This document shows, piece by piece, positions 13,017-24,902 of a stretch of DNA of 64,000 bases. Under the pieces are notes generated by a model. The model saw only the letters and a list, made by a program, of their open reading frames with translations. It had not been told where the DNA came from and did no database searches. Within the stretch, counting starts at the first letter, position 1. Each line of letters opens with the position of its first letter. This stretch comes from Carcharhinus longimanus. Lineage: Eukaryota. Position numbers and translations under genes: made by a program. The stretch lies in the NCBI GenBank assembly GCA_030264375.1, contig JASCQW010000081.1, positions 88,575,191 through 88,639,190 on the forward strand. Reading direction: 5' to 3'.

Positions 13017-13870
13017 TAGAATCATGGAATCATTTGGCACAGAGGAGGCCCTTCAGCCCATCGGTTCTGCACTGATGCATTAAAAANNNNNNNNNNNNNN
13101 NNNNNNNNNNNNNNNNNNNNNNNNNNNNNNNNNNNNNNNNNNNNNNNNNNNNNNNNNNNNNNNNNNNNNNNNNNNNNNNNNNNNNNCCTTCCCAGGCAGC
13201 ACAGTCCAGACCATCATCACCTTCTGGGTAAAAATTGTTTCCTCACATCCCCCTACAGATCCTGCCCCTCTATTTGAACCTACGTCCCCATGTGACTGAC
13301 CCTTCAACTAAAGGTAACAGCAGCTCCTTATATACTCTGTCCATGTCTCTCATAATCTTGTACACCATGGTCAGGTCATCCCTCTGTCTTCTCTGCCCCA
13401 ACAAAAACATCCCAAGCCTACTCAACCTTCCTTCATAATTTAAATGTTCGATTGCAGGCAGCATTCTGGTGAATCTCCTCTGCATCCCCTCCAGTGCAAT
13501 CACATCCTTCCGATAATGTGACAGTCAGAAATGCACACAGTATTCTAATTGTGGCCTCACCAAAGTCCTATAGAACTCCAACATGACTTCCCTACTATTC
13601 TAACCTGTGCCCTAATTGATAATGGCAAGTGTCCAATAAGCCTTTTTCACTACCCTACTGAAATGCCCTTCCGCTTTCAAAGGTCTGTGGCCAAACACAC
13701 AAGGTCCCTTTGTTCCACAGAACTTCCCAGTGTCCTATCATTTATTGAGTGCTTTCCTGTCAAATTACTCCTTCCATATTGTATCGCTTCACACTTTTCA
13801 GAGTTAAATTCCATTTGCCCCTTATCCACCCATCTGAACATTCTGCCTATATCTTCTTGTCGCCCAAGAC
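13017..13870 (-). mobile_element. CR1 LINE 3' portion
   Basis: Minus-strand ORF pieces QMEFNSEKCEAIQYGRSN and ALEGMQRRFTRMLPAIEHLNYEGRLSRLGMFLL. Tail AGAATCATGGAATC at about 13017. Confidence 0.88.
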
Positions 13871-14899
13871 ACATCGCCTCCCCCCCTGTTGGGTTATAGG
13901 GGCAGGGTGTAGAGGTAGGGTGAGGGAAATGTGTGGCCGAGTTGGAGGGGGGGGAGATTGCTTTATCAGGGAGTGGATGTAGCTGCTTGTTCTTTTCCGC
14001 TCTCCCTGTAGGGTTGTGGGGACAGGGTGGAGAGCTTTGGAAGTAGTGGTGTTTGGGGAAAGAGATGTCAGGTGACTGCAGCTCCCAGAATGTTGCACTG
14101 CTCAAGTTCTCCATGGATGGAGCCCTTTCTCCGCTGCTCTGGATTATGGGAAGGCAGGTCCATCTTGGGTTGGAGCAGAGTTTATTGCACCAAACATTCC
14201 CAGTCCCACCCACTCATCACAACCTCAATACAATAAACACTATACTGGCAATTCATCCATCTTGCACAGAGTTATTGTTACTGGTCAAATAATCTGGTGA
14301 TGTTTTGGGGACAAGAGCGGAAAATGCTTGAAAATCTCAGCAGGTCTGACAGTATCTGTGGAGAGAAAATAGAGCCAAAGTTTTGAGTCTGGATGACTTC
14401 ATCAGAAGTAATACTCTGGCACTGGGTTCGAAACTCAACACAGCAGATAAATTTGAGTCCAATAGTATCCTGGAATTCAATGTCTAATGACCATCAAACA
14501 ATTATTGTTAAAAACCCCACTGAATGTCCATTCCTGCCTGTGATTCCAGACCCACAGCAATGTCACTGATTCTTAAGTGCACTCCATTTGCTCAGAACAA
14601 CACTTAACATTGAGAGGTGAAAGCAACAACTGCAGTAAAAATGTCCTGATCTGATCCTTCCTGTTTCAATGGATTCCCAGAACATTGGGAGAGTCAAAGA
14701 TTCCACTAGAACAGTCCCAAACTCTGGAAAATTCCAGATCACTAGAGAATACAGCTACCCCAAGGGACTTGGGGCAAATTATAATCAGCAGGGAAATTCA
14801 ACTGATCAAATTATTGGAATTGTGAGCTGACAACTCCCCAGTCCTGGTGGTCATCAACCTTTATCTTCAAAGAAGTGGCTGGTGAGTTTTGAAAAAAAA

Positions 14900-15410
14900 C
14901 CTTTCATGCGTTCTTTCTGTGTTCCACTGGCTGGTTCAGCATTTATTTCCCATTCCTGAGGGCATTTCAGATTCAACCACATTGTTGTGGATTTGGGGTC
15001 ACATGTAGGCCAGACAGTGAACGGATGGCAGATTTCCTTCCCTACAAGGCATTAGTGAGCAATGTGGGACAAGACTTTTTGTCTTTCCAACTGCATATCT
15101 CCCGCTGACGGGAGGTTGTTTGCCAGGAGCAGGGTTTTTTGCTCCCGCTGCTGTTAATGGAAATTCCCATAGATGTCACCCCATACCGGTGGGAAATCTG
15201 CGGGCGGGTTTGCTCTGTTGGCGGGAGCAGAGAATCCCGTCGGCATGAATGGCCGGAGAATTCCGTCTGTGGATTTTTAAAATAAAAATTGACAATGGTC
15301 ATCATTAAACTTTTATTTCATTTTTATTGAATTCAAGTTTCCAACCCAGGACCCCAGGGCATTTCCCTAGGTCTCTGGCTTCACTAGTCCATGACAATGC
15401 TATGACACCA
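14900..15410 (-). mobile_element. Deu-domain SINE (SacSINE1-like) interrupted by a GC-rich MITE-like insert (~15065-15268)
   Basis: Reverse Deu-like core GGCAGATTTCCTTCCCTACAAGGCATTAGTGA. The insert has imperfect internal inverted repeats. Confidence 0.55.
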
Positions 15411-16050
15411 TAGTCTCTGTGTAATAGATGATATGTTGCTTTTAATTTTCGAAAACTCTCTCAATTCAAAAACGGTTCCATTAGTTTGAAAGCAGTGAAT
15501 GTAACACAAACGTGAGGGGAAAAGAAAACAAGAAACAACAGGCCAATTAAACCTGTCACACGGTAAAATAATTGAAGCCATTATTACAGATGTTGTGTCA
15601 AGGCACTGAAAATATATAAGGCAATCAGGCAGAATAAACATGGTTTGGAAAGGAAATTATGTTCAACTAGTTTATTGGTGTTCTTTAAATGAGTAACATT
15701 TTCTGTGTACAAAGGGGGAACGGGCCGATGTCATGTATTTAGATTTCCAGCAGGTATGTGATAAGATTATTGTGGAAAATAAAAGGTCATGCTTTAGGGT
15801 GTAACATATTGGCATGGATAGAATACTGTTAGCATGAATGAGTTTGGCTGGCAGCATGTTTTTCAAACAGGCTTAGTACTGGGATATCAATCTTATATTA
15901 TTCATTTAAATGAGTTGGATGAATGAGCCCAATGGATGGTTACAATTTGCCAGTGATGCAAAGAAAGGTAGGATAGTAAGCTGTGAATAGGACATGAGAA
16001 GGCTGCAAAGGGAGATTAATCAGTAAAGTGAGTGAGACAAGATCTCTCCA
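15410..16050 (+). mobile_element. Degraded CR1 RT fragment
   Basis: Recognisable pieces CATGGTTTGGAAAGGAAATTATGTTCAACT (QHGF..G.SCLTN-like), GATGTCATGTATTTAGATTTCCAG (DVMYLDFQ) and TTTGCCAGTGATGCAAAG (FADD-like). Confidence 0.7.
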
Positions 16051-17214
16051 TGGCATTTAATAGAAATGCTCAGTAAGATAGTAAATTTAACTGGGAGAGC
16101 AGTGAATCATTGAAAGTTTTTTTGAGTGGGGTTTCTGATTGTTCACATTGTCTGGCCTCAATGGTTCAGTTATTTTACTGTGAAACAGAACCAGAGCAAT
16201 ATGTGTGTATGGGTGCTTATGTGTTNNNNNNNNNNNNNNNNNNNNNNNNNNNNNNNNNNNNNNNNNNNNNNNNNNNNNNNNNNNNNNNNNNNNNNNNNNN
16301 NNNNNNNNNNNNNNNNNNNNNNNNNNNNNNNNNNNNNNNNNNNNNNNNNNNNNNNNNNNNNNNNNNNNNNNNNNNNNNNNNNNNNNNNNNNNNNNNNNNN
16401 NNNNNNNNNNNNNNNNNNNNNNNNNNNNNNNNNNNNNNNNNNNNNNNNNNNNNNNNNNNNNNNNNNNNNNNNNNNNNNNNNNNNNNNNNNNNNNNNNNNN
16501 NNNNNNNNNNNNNNNNNNNNNNNNNNNNNNNNNNNNNNNNNNNNNNNNNNNNNNNNNNNNNNNNNNNNNNNNNNNNNNNNNNNNNNNNNNNNNNNNAGCA
16601 TTATGGAGGTATCTGTACCACTGTAGCAGTTTGTGAAGGAAGCTCACCATCACTTTCTCAGGGGAGATTAATGATGGATAGAAAATGCAGACCATGCCTG
16701 TGACATGACGTCAAGCTGCCAGTCAGTGCCACATTCTGAACTGCAAGTGTGAGTGAGCTTTGATTTCAGGCCTTTCCAGTGACAGTCACATCCTGTGAGT
16801 GAATCTCAGTGAGCTAGTGCTGGTTCAACTCTTGGAATGGAGTTGAACAAAAACTACGTTACAAACCCATTACCCCACATAGATTACCCCAGTCTTGTAA
16901 TCATTACCCCCTTCCTATTGCTGATTCCACATTACTCAATACACATTATCCCTCCCTCATTATCTCTCCCCAAATTCCCCTTTCCTTATCTGCCCATTGA
17001 GTGCCTGATCCTGGAGAGAGAGAGAGAGAGACGGCATTTAATGATATCAAAAGACATGGGGGGCCAGAAAAGGACTCAACTCCATCTCAGTTAGCAGCCA
17101 GCATGCTGAGACAGCAAGGCTGTGGGAAGTTATGTTGTCCTGATGCACTCGTTCTGCTTGAGTCCCACATCCCAATCTGATCCCCAGCCTAGACTTTGCA
17201 AGTCATGGAAACCC

Positions 17215-17600
17215 TAAGCAATAGGCAGATCAAGGAAGGGAGAGAGGCACAGAATCAAAAGGAGAGCTAAGTAGACAGAAAGACATGGAGAGAGATAAGG
17301 GCCGACAAAGAGAGATAGGCAAAGGGAAGTGGGGGTCGTGGGGTGCGGCAGGGATGGTGGAGTGTTCGGGGTGGCAATATATAAAGAGAGATGGAAAGAG
17401 ATAGAGAGAGTGAGACAGAGAGAAAGATAGCTTGAAAGAGAGAAAGAGAATGAGCAATAGACAGATAGAGAGATAGACAGCTGGAGAAAAACAGAGAGTG
17501 AAAGACTGAGCTGTAGAGAGAGTATGAGAAAGAAAGAGAGCAAGAGAGAGACAGAGGTAGTGACTGAGATATGTAGCAAGAGAGACAGAGCAAGAAAGAT
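17215..17600. repeat. Degenerate (GA)n / GAGA-rich simple repeat
   Basis: Purine-rich low-complexity tract next to a gap. Confidence 0.85.
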
Positions 17601-17759
17601 NNNNNNNNNNNNNNNNNNNNNNNNNNNNNNNNNNNNNNNNNNNNNNNNNNNNNNNNNNNNNNNNNNNNNNNNNNNNNNNNNNNNNNNNNNNNNNNNNNNN
17701 ATTTTCACATGGCAGGCTTGGTTACTCCGGGAAGATGAAATTTACTGTAAATTTCCATG

Positions 17760-18800
17760 ACATGTACTGTAAAAAGAAAAGATGCATTTTGAAGGAGACC
17801 ACAGCAGGTATTTAAAAGACAATAATTTGACTAAGCAGAGCTAACTTGCTTTTGTGCAAAGGAAATAGTGTTTAACCTTTTTTTAAGAATAAAAATATTA
17901 CGTGGACAAGGAGGGATTCAGTAGATATGGGGTATCTGGAATTCAAAAACGGTGCAAGATGCAACGTCAACTATTACCCGCAGGATATGGCTGCATGGTG
18001 TGGCATGTAACATATTAATATGGGTAAAGGATTGGTTAACTAATAGGCATGAATGGGTATTTTTCAGGGTGGGCAGTGGAGTGCCTCAGGGGCCAGTGCT
18101 TTTAACTATTTACCATCTGCGTTGATTGTTCGGATGAAGGGAAAAAATGCATGGGTGATAAATGTGTCAACAACACAAAGAAAATTAGGAACATTAGTTG
18201 CCGTGAGGAGGTAGAAACCTTGGAAAGGGACACAGGCAGGTTAAGTGAGTGTGCATCAAATAGCTAGAGTACATTGTGGGAAATGGGACCTCGTTCACGT
18301 GGCAGGATACAATTTGAAGGGAAAAGGTTTGCAAAACTTAGTGGCACCGAGAGACCTGGGTGTCCTGCTAAATGAAAGGCTAAATGCCAAGAAAAGGTAA
18401 CCTGCAGGTCCAGCAGGAAGACAAATAAAACGTTTGTGTTCATTGCGAGGGAAGTGGAATATAGAAGTAGGAAAACATCATTGTGGGCTGGACACGGCAT
18501 TGGTGAGGCGGCACCTGTGGAGAGATTAGAACAAGGGGATAGAATTTACAAATACACGGTCTACCATTTAAAATGGAGATGAGGGAAATTTGCTTTCACT
18601 AAATTTGTCATTTTTATCTGGGGTGCTTTTCACCAGAAAACAATGGAATCTGAGACATCAAATGTATTTAAGACAGAACTGGAGACTTCTTTATAGAAAT
18701 TGAGTCGAGGGTTATAGGAGTGAGTGGGCAGTGGGCAGATGGCAAAGTGGAGTTGAGATCCCACTATGATCTTATTGACTGCCGGAGCAGGCTCTGAGAC
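17760..18800 (+). mobile_element. Degraded CR1 RT and 3' fragment
   Basis: GTAGATATGGGGTATCTGGAATTC (VD..YLDF-like), AGTGGAGTGCCTCAGGGGCCAGTGCTT (SGVPQGPVL) and a CR1-like 3' end near 18780. Confidence 0.7.
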
Positions 18801-19752
18801 CTGCATGCCCTACCCCTGAAGGTCTATGTTCCCATCCACAAAAAGCATTCAATCTGCCAAATAATCTACGTCCTCAGCAATGATTGAAGATGTTTCTTAC
18901 TTTGGCTGAGAAGTGGCTAAAACTATTATGACGCACAAGTGCCAGGCAATGGCAATCATTTTGGAAGTGTCTCTTAACTGCCATCGTTCTGTGGATACAT
19001 GTGCAGCTATAGATGGATATGCTGCAGGGATCATAGCCTGGCTCCTGAAACACTGCCCACTCTCTGCAAGGCACAAGTCAGCAGTCTGATTGAACAATTT
19101 CCATTTCCTTGGGTGAAAATGATTCCAACAACATCCAAGAGGCTTCACACCCACACAGGATGTGACCCATTCTGCCACCATAAAGATTCAATCCCTGCTC
19201 ATCAGCGCATGGTTACTGCAATGTACACATGTATACGATGCACTGGAACAACTCTCTTAGAAAGAGAGAACAATCTCTCCTTCCACAATTCCAAACTTGC
19301 GACCTTTACTGGAATGAGAAGGGTAGCAACTACATGGAAACAAATCATCTTTAATTACATCTTAAAACATCAATGCATATGGATCGGTTCCTATTTCACT
19401 GTTCCTGTGGTCACTACATTAACATCCTGATATTCCCTGCCTAACAGGCAGTTGGACTGCAGTAGCTCCATATGATGACTCAACACACCTGCTCCTGACC
19501 AATGAGGAACATGTTGGACGTGCTGTTTAGCTTGAGCTTTGTATTATTCTGAGGGACAACATTGCTTGGAGCTTTTGAGTAAGTTTGAGAATACATTGAA
19601 TCAATTTCCCCAGTTGACTTATTTAACAAATTGCAGCAGATGAAGAGGGCAGCTACATTCAAGTTCAAATTACTGCTAACCAGAGAGCCCATCTCAACCT
19701 CAGAAGTCAATTCCTGATTGAACGCAATAGAGTGAAGTGCAGCTGGACTGAA

Positions 19753-20033
19753 GGTGTGGCACAATGGCACAGTGGTTAGCACTGCTGCCTCACAGCACCA
19801 GGGATCCAGGTTCGATTCCTGGCTTGGGTCACTAAATGCATGGAGTTTTCACATTCTCCCCAGTTCCATATAGTTTCCAAAGATGTGCGGGATATGTTGA
19901 TTGGCCATGCTAAATTTCCATTTAGTGTCATGGGGATTAGCAGGGTAAATACATGGGGATAGGGGCTGAGTTGGATTGTTGCCAGTGGAGGGCCGAATGG
20001 CCTCCCTTTTGCACTGTGGTGATTCTATGATTC
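19753..20033 (+). mobile_element. HE1-type V-SINE
   Basis: Head GTGGCACAATGGCACAGTGGTTAGCACTGCTGCCTCAC and tail GCACTGTGGTGATTCTATGATTCT. Confidence 0.85.
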
Positions 20034-20629
20034 TCTTTGATCTGCCAAGGTATTGGGGTGAAAGGTGACGGTGTGTGTGTGTTTTGGGGGTGTTGCACGG
20101 GAGTGGGGTGTGAGTGGGGTTTGTTTAGAACCAGCGCCTCAGTCTTGGAACAAAAGTTATACCATTCATCAACGAGGTGAGAAGGAGCGCCTTCAGACAG
20201 ATGGTGTAGACCTTTTGGTGTTCACTGCCTCAGAGGGGACTGTGAATCTTTGGTGGTTGTGAATGTTCAAAGCAGAGGTTGATAGACTCTTGGGCGGAAA
20301 TGGCATCAAACAATATGAATATAGTGCAAGATAGTGGCATTGAGGTAGAAGATCAGCCATTATCTAGTTAACTGGTGGACAAGGCTTGACGGTCCGAATA
20401 GTGGACCAGGCATGATGGGTTCATTGGCCTTTCCATGTTCTTTTATTCCCATCTATGAGATTTAGAGATGGACCTTTGAATATTCATCACTGTTGCTAGA
20501 ACAATTGAGCTTCCAATTTTCATCAATTAATTAATGTAAATAAAGTTGCTCTATTTTTAAGGTTTTCTAATTAAGTCTCCAACAACAGGGACCTAACATG
20601 GGTGTCATCATCTGTTTACAACTTCATGG

Positions 20630-20738
20630 TCTCAGTGGAAATCCCACATGATAGAAGTTATAAGTCCTATGACTGCATCAACTCAGAAGTTAATTCCTAG
20701 TGATTGCCAACGTAGTGAAGGGACAGACACGGGGGAGT
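20630..20738 (+). promoter_or_regulatory. Putative core promoter / 5' UTR of GPR139-like gene A
   Basis: GTTATAAG at about 20657 and ACTCAGAAGTTAATTC at 20681. A similar motif lies upstream of gene C (50381-50396) and relic D (57868). Confidence 0.45.
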
Positions 20739-20802
20739 ATGGAATCCCTTGATAGTTTTGGGAAAGTGTACTACACGACTCTTGCTGTCATTGGTGTTCC
20801 TG
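20739..20802 (+). CDS. GPR139-like: GPR139-like GPCR gene A, exon 1 (MESLDSFGKVYYTTLAVIGVP, phase-1 donor)
   Basis: ATG at 20739 and donor G|GTGCGT at 20803. Splices in frame to the acceptor at 24903 (G+TT = Val). Homologous to exon 1 of gene C. Confidence 0.88.
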
Positions 20803-22819
20803 GTGCGTAGCTACGACAAGTGAATTTAAGTAAATGTGTGCATGTGAGCTGGTTTCTGGTTTTACACTGTGCCTCATAATATTACTTGCTGATCTAGTGT
20901 TCTCCATCATACTACCATCAGTTAATTCTCAGATGGAAAGTATTACTGGCGTATCTGTCACTGTAGAATTGAGTGTGGGATAGTAGCTGATTCATTTTTT
21001 GTATCATTGTTTGAGGTGACTGATCTTTCTCTCCACTTTGTGGATTTGTCTTTGTAGTTATCAAAGTAAACAATGGTAACACTTTTCCAGTTGTTTCATT
21101 ATATGTTTCCAGTGAAATGTATTGCTATTGATCTATCTATTTCAACTTACATGAAGAGAAATAGATCTCCACTATTTAATAGCAGATAAGGAGTGGATAA
21201 CATATTTAATTCATTCCACCAGTCTGTTTAATGAATTGCTATTACAGTGACCGTGCAAAGTTGCACATTCTCACATGTTTTTGTGTGCTTTCTCCGGGTG
21301 CTCCATTTTTCATCTGATTTGATTTATTCTTGTTAGATGCATTTGGAAACGATGTAAAGTATTGCCTGTTACACAGACAAAATACAACATTCATAGAGTG
21401 CATAGGGGGGAAGGAAAGGAGTGGGTGTTGCATATAGTCTTGTCTTAACAGCTAGGTTGCAGAGAAAGAAAAGCTTAATATATGGTAGTTCCACTCAAAA
21501 GTCTGATTATGTGATGCTCAATTGTCCTTAGCGTCCAAAGATGGATTGGCCATTGTTAATGGGGTTAAGGGAAAAGGGCAGTAGGATGGGGGATGAGGTG
21601 TTGCGGGTGTAAGATGTTCCATCAGAGAGTCTGCATAGACTCAATGGGCTGAAGTGTCTACTTCTGCGCTGGAAGAATTTTGGGGTTCTAATAATTATGA
21701 TTGCTGTAAACACTGTGCGAATCAATTCAGTACTGGTTATTTTTTTCCAACAAAGTTCTGTGCTTATGAGTATTGTATTTGATAGTCTGTATGTTGCATC
21801 GGGCACTGGGTATCCTTTCCTGTAATGGATTAATTGACAGACCAGTAATTATCTATTTAACATATGTAACCAACACCAATCTCCATCCTTAATGAGGTGT
21901 TTTCTCTCAGGACGAGCAAAGAAATAGACCTTCATAGCACAGATATCAGCCCGAGGACAGTAAGAATTAACAAATTATAGTGCTAATATTTTCTGCAATA
22001 TTATGAAAGAACTGTTGACTTCTTAAATAAAAATCTAGCAACATAGGACAACATTACATGTACAGCTCTGAAACTGTCCGTCCAATTGGTTTCAGTCTGT
22101 ATTTATGCCCCATAAGATGGGCCAAATGGTCCTTAATCCCTCTTAATCTAACTCAATTAGTATTTTATTGAATGTCAACAATGCAGAGGAGGCCACTCGG
22201 TCCATCTTCAGATGATTCATCTCATTTGCTTTCCAACTTATAAATTCCATTTCAGGGGAATGGCCGTTCAGCAATCTTCACTACACACTGACTCCCCCAG
22301 TTCACTTGATTAGGTTTTCATCCACCCTACTCCCTGGACTTGCATCATTTTCTTTCTCCCTGTTTCTCAGTCTCGGATTCAGCTTTGATGATGATGACAC
22401 ATTCCTCACCTTGAACATTCAATGGGCCTCCCTTTGCTTTTCCACCAGCTCCAGTGTAATTCCACCACCAAACTCATCTTCGTCTCCTCCCCTGCCTTCA
22501 CCCCTTGCAAGACATTGGCCCGCTCTTCCATCACACCCTCTAACCATGCTCATTCCCTACAGACCTCATCATCCAAACACACAGGTGCATCACCGAACCT
22601 TTCACCTTCTTACTTCATAAAATGTATACCCATGGAGAAACAATTTATTTGTATTCCTTTGATGCTAACAGCTGTATTCCCTGCTCATGATGTGTTCCCT
22701 TTTTCATGGGAAACAGCAAACGCAGTTTGAGGGATCACTTTGAAGGACATTCCCATCCAGGCTTAAAGTGTGACTCACAGCATTTGGTCACATCACTATT
22801 TGAATTCTGAGACTAGTTA

Positions 22820-23290
22820 TTCTCCGGTGCTTGTCACATGTATTAGTATACAGTGGAAAGTATTTATCCTTACGTAGTATACAGAAAAAGCATACCGTTC
22901 ATGGACTACAGAGGGGAGAAGGAAAAGAGTTGGTGCATAATATAAGTTATAGCTAGCTAAGTCGGGAAAGATCAGCTTAATAGGTCCATTCAAAAATGTG
23001 GTGGCAGCAGGGACAAGATTTGGTTGGTATGTGACCTCAGACCTTAGTATCTTTTTCCTGATGTAAGAAGGTGGAAGAGAGTGTATCTAGGGTGTGTGGC
23101 GTCCTTGATTTTGCTGGATGTTTTTCTGAGACAGCGGGAAGCATGGAGGGAGTCTGTAGTGGGAGGATTCTTTGCCTGATGGATTGGACTTCACTGGGCT
23201 TTTTAATTTATTGCGGTCTTGATCAGAGTAGGGGCCATACCAAGCTGTGATACATCCAGAAAGGATGCTTTTTGTGTTGCTCCACAAACA
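22820..23290 (-). mobile_element. Rex1/Babar-like LINE 3' fragment in the gene A intron
   Basis: Minus ORF SILSGCITAWYGPYSDQDRNKL, matching the 3' end of the element at 32167-33641. Confidence 0.7.
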
Positions 23291-23715
23291 GAGAACATAT
23301 CGACCAGACCAAGTAAGAGTGGCAGTATTCCTACCCTAAAGGATATTAATGAAGCAGATGTGTTTCAACAACGATCGGTTGCAGTTTCTTGGTCACCATC
23401 ACTGAGACCCTCTGAAACTCTATTCATATTCCACACCTATTACTGAGATTTATTATATTAGATATGCTCAAAATATTAGAGGAGCTGGATTGATGATCAA
23501 GATGGGGGCTCATTCGTGGCACATGGACTATGGGCTGGAAAACATCCATAACTATCTCCATCGTGTTCCCTAGCTATTGGACACATCTTCACCAGCCACT
23601 TCCTAAGCACTTACTCCTTCTTTGGAACCATCTTCAGTTTTTTTCATTGCACCATTCACATTACACCATTATAACTTTGTCATTCAATCAATGCTGCTCT
23701 CCAGTCAATCAAAGA

Positions 23716-24045
23716 TCATAGAATCATAGAACCGTAGAATCCATGCTGAAGAAGGCCATTCTGCCAAGCAAGCCTGTACCGACAGCAATCCCACCCAAGA
23801 CCTTTGCAGGTAACCCCACGTATTTAACTTGCCAATCTCCCTGACACTAAGGGTCTCTTTCCCACGGCCTATCAACCTAACAAACACATCAATGGCGTGT
23901 GGGAGGAAACTGGAGCACCCAGAGGAAGTCCATGCAGACAGGGGGAGAATGTGAAAGCACCACACAGTCACTTGAGGCCTGAATTGAATCCCAATCGCTG
24001 GTGCTGTGCAATAGCTGTGCTAGCCACTGTGCCACCGTGCCACCC
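23716..24045 (-). mobile_element. HE1-type V-SINE in the gene A intron
   Basis: TCATAGAATCATAGAA tail and GGGAGGAAACTGGAGCACCCAGAGGAAG...CCACTGTGCCACCGTGCCACCC head on the reverse strand. Confidence 0.85.
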
Positions 24046-24264
24046 AGCTTCCCCTCTGTTCTATCCTCCCTATATTTCATATTTCCCTGGCTCGCTAATT
24101 GCTTGGAAACCCTATAATTTCTAACTGCCAGTGAAAGATAATCGACCTGAAGTGTTAACTCTAGTTTTATATTCACGCATGCTGCCTGGTCCAAGGAATA
24201 CTTTAGGTATTTCGCTTTCATTTATACATTTATTCAGTCACTTCATTTTACTTAGGTGATGAGA

Positions 24265-24602
24265 AGGTGTGATGTTGTCACTGGACCAGAGACCAGTTAG
24301 AATCCTGCCATCATAGATGATGGAATTTGACTTCAAGAAATATCCGGCATGAAAAGTGTAATGATAACCATGAAAAGATTGTGTTCAGAAAAAAAAGCAT
24401 CTGGTCCCCTTATGTCCTTTATGGGAAGAAATCTGTTGTCTTTACTTGGTTGAACATATATAACGCCAGCATTGCAGTAATGTTGTTGACTCTTAAAATG
24501 CTCTCAGATGTGGCCTATCAAAGTGTCAAGTTCAAGGGCAATTAGTGATGGGCAATAAATGCTAACCCAGTAAATAATGCTCTCATCCCATGAATGAATA
24601 AG
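24265..24602 (+). mobile_element. Deu-domain SINE (SacSINE1-like)
   Basis: Core ATCTGGTCCCCTTATGTCCTTTATGGGAAGAAATCTG, tail GGCAATTAGTGATGGGCAATAAATGC...CCCATGAATGAAT. Further copies at ~30.7-31.0, ~41.2-41.45 and ~52.15-52.5 kb. Confidence 0.7.
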
Positions 24603-24902
24603 AAGTAGATAGACATGTGCATTAATGCACTGGAATGCAACAGGGAGGGTGAGGGCTGTTTCATTGTATGAGGCTTGGGGACCATGACCACTTATACCTG
24701 TGGGACAGATTATATTACTGTTTGCCAGCCTCATTAAAATGTTGAATAGTTTAGGCTGTTTTGCCTTTCAACATCACCAAGATAACCAAAAGTTGACGGA
24801 GATAGATTTGAAATGTAATAATTAACATCTAAACACTAGATTCGACTCCAACTATCGGGTACAGAGACTGATCAATATATTTTGTCCATCTTTCTTTTGC
24901 AG

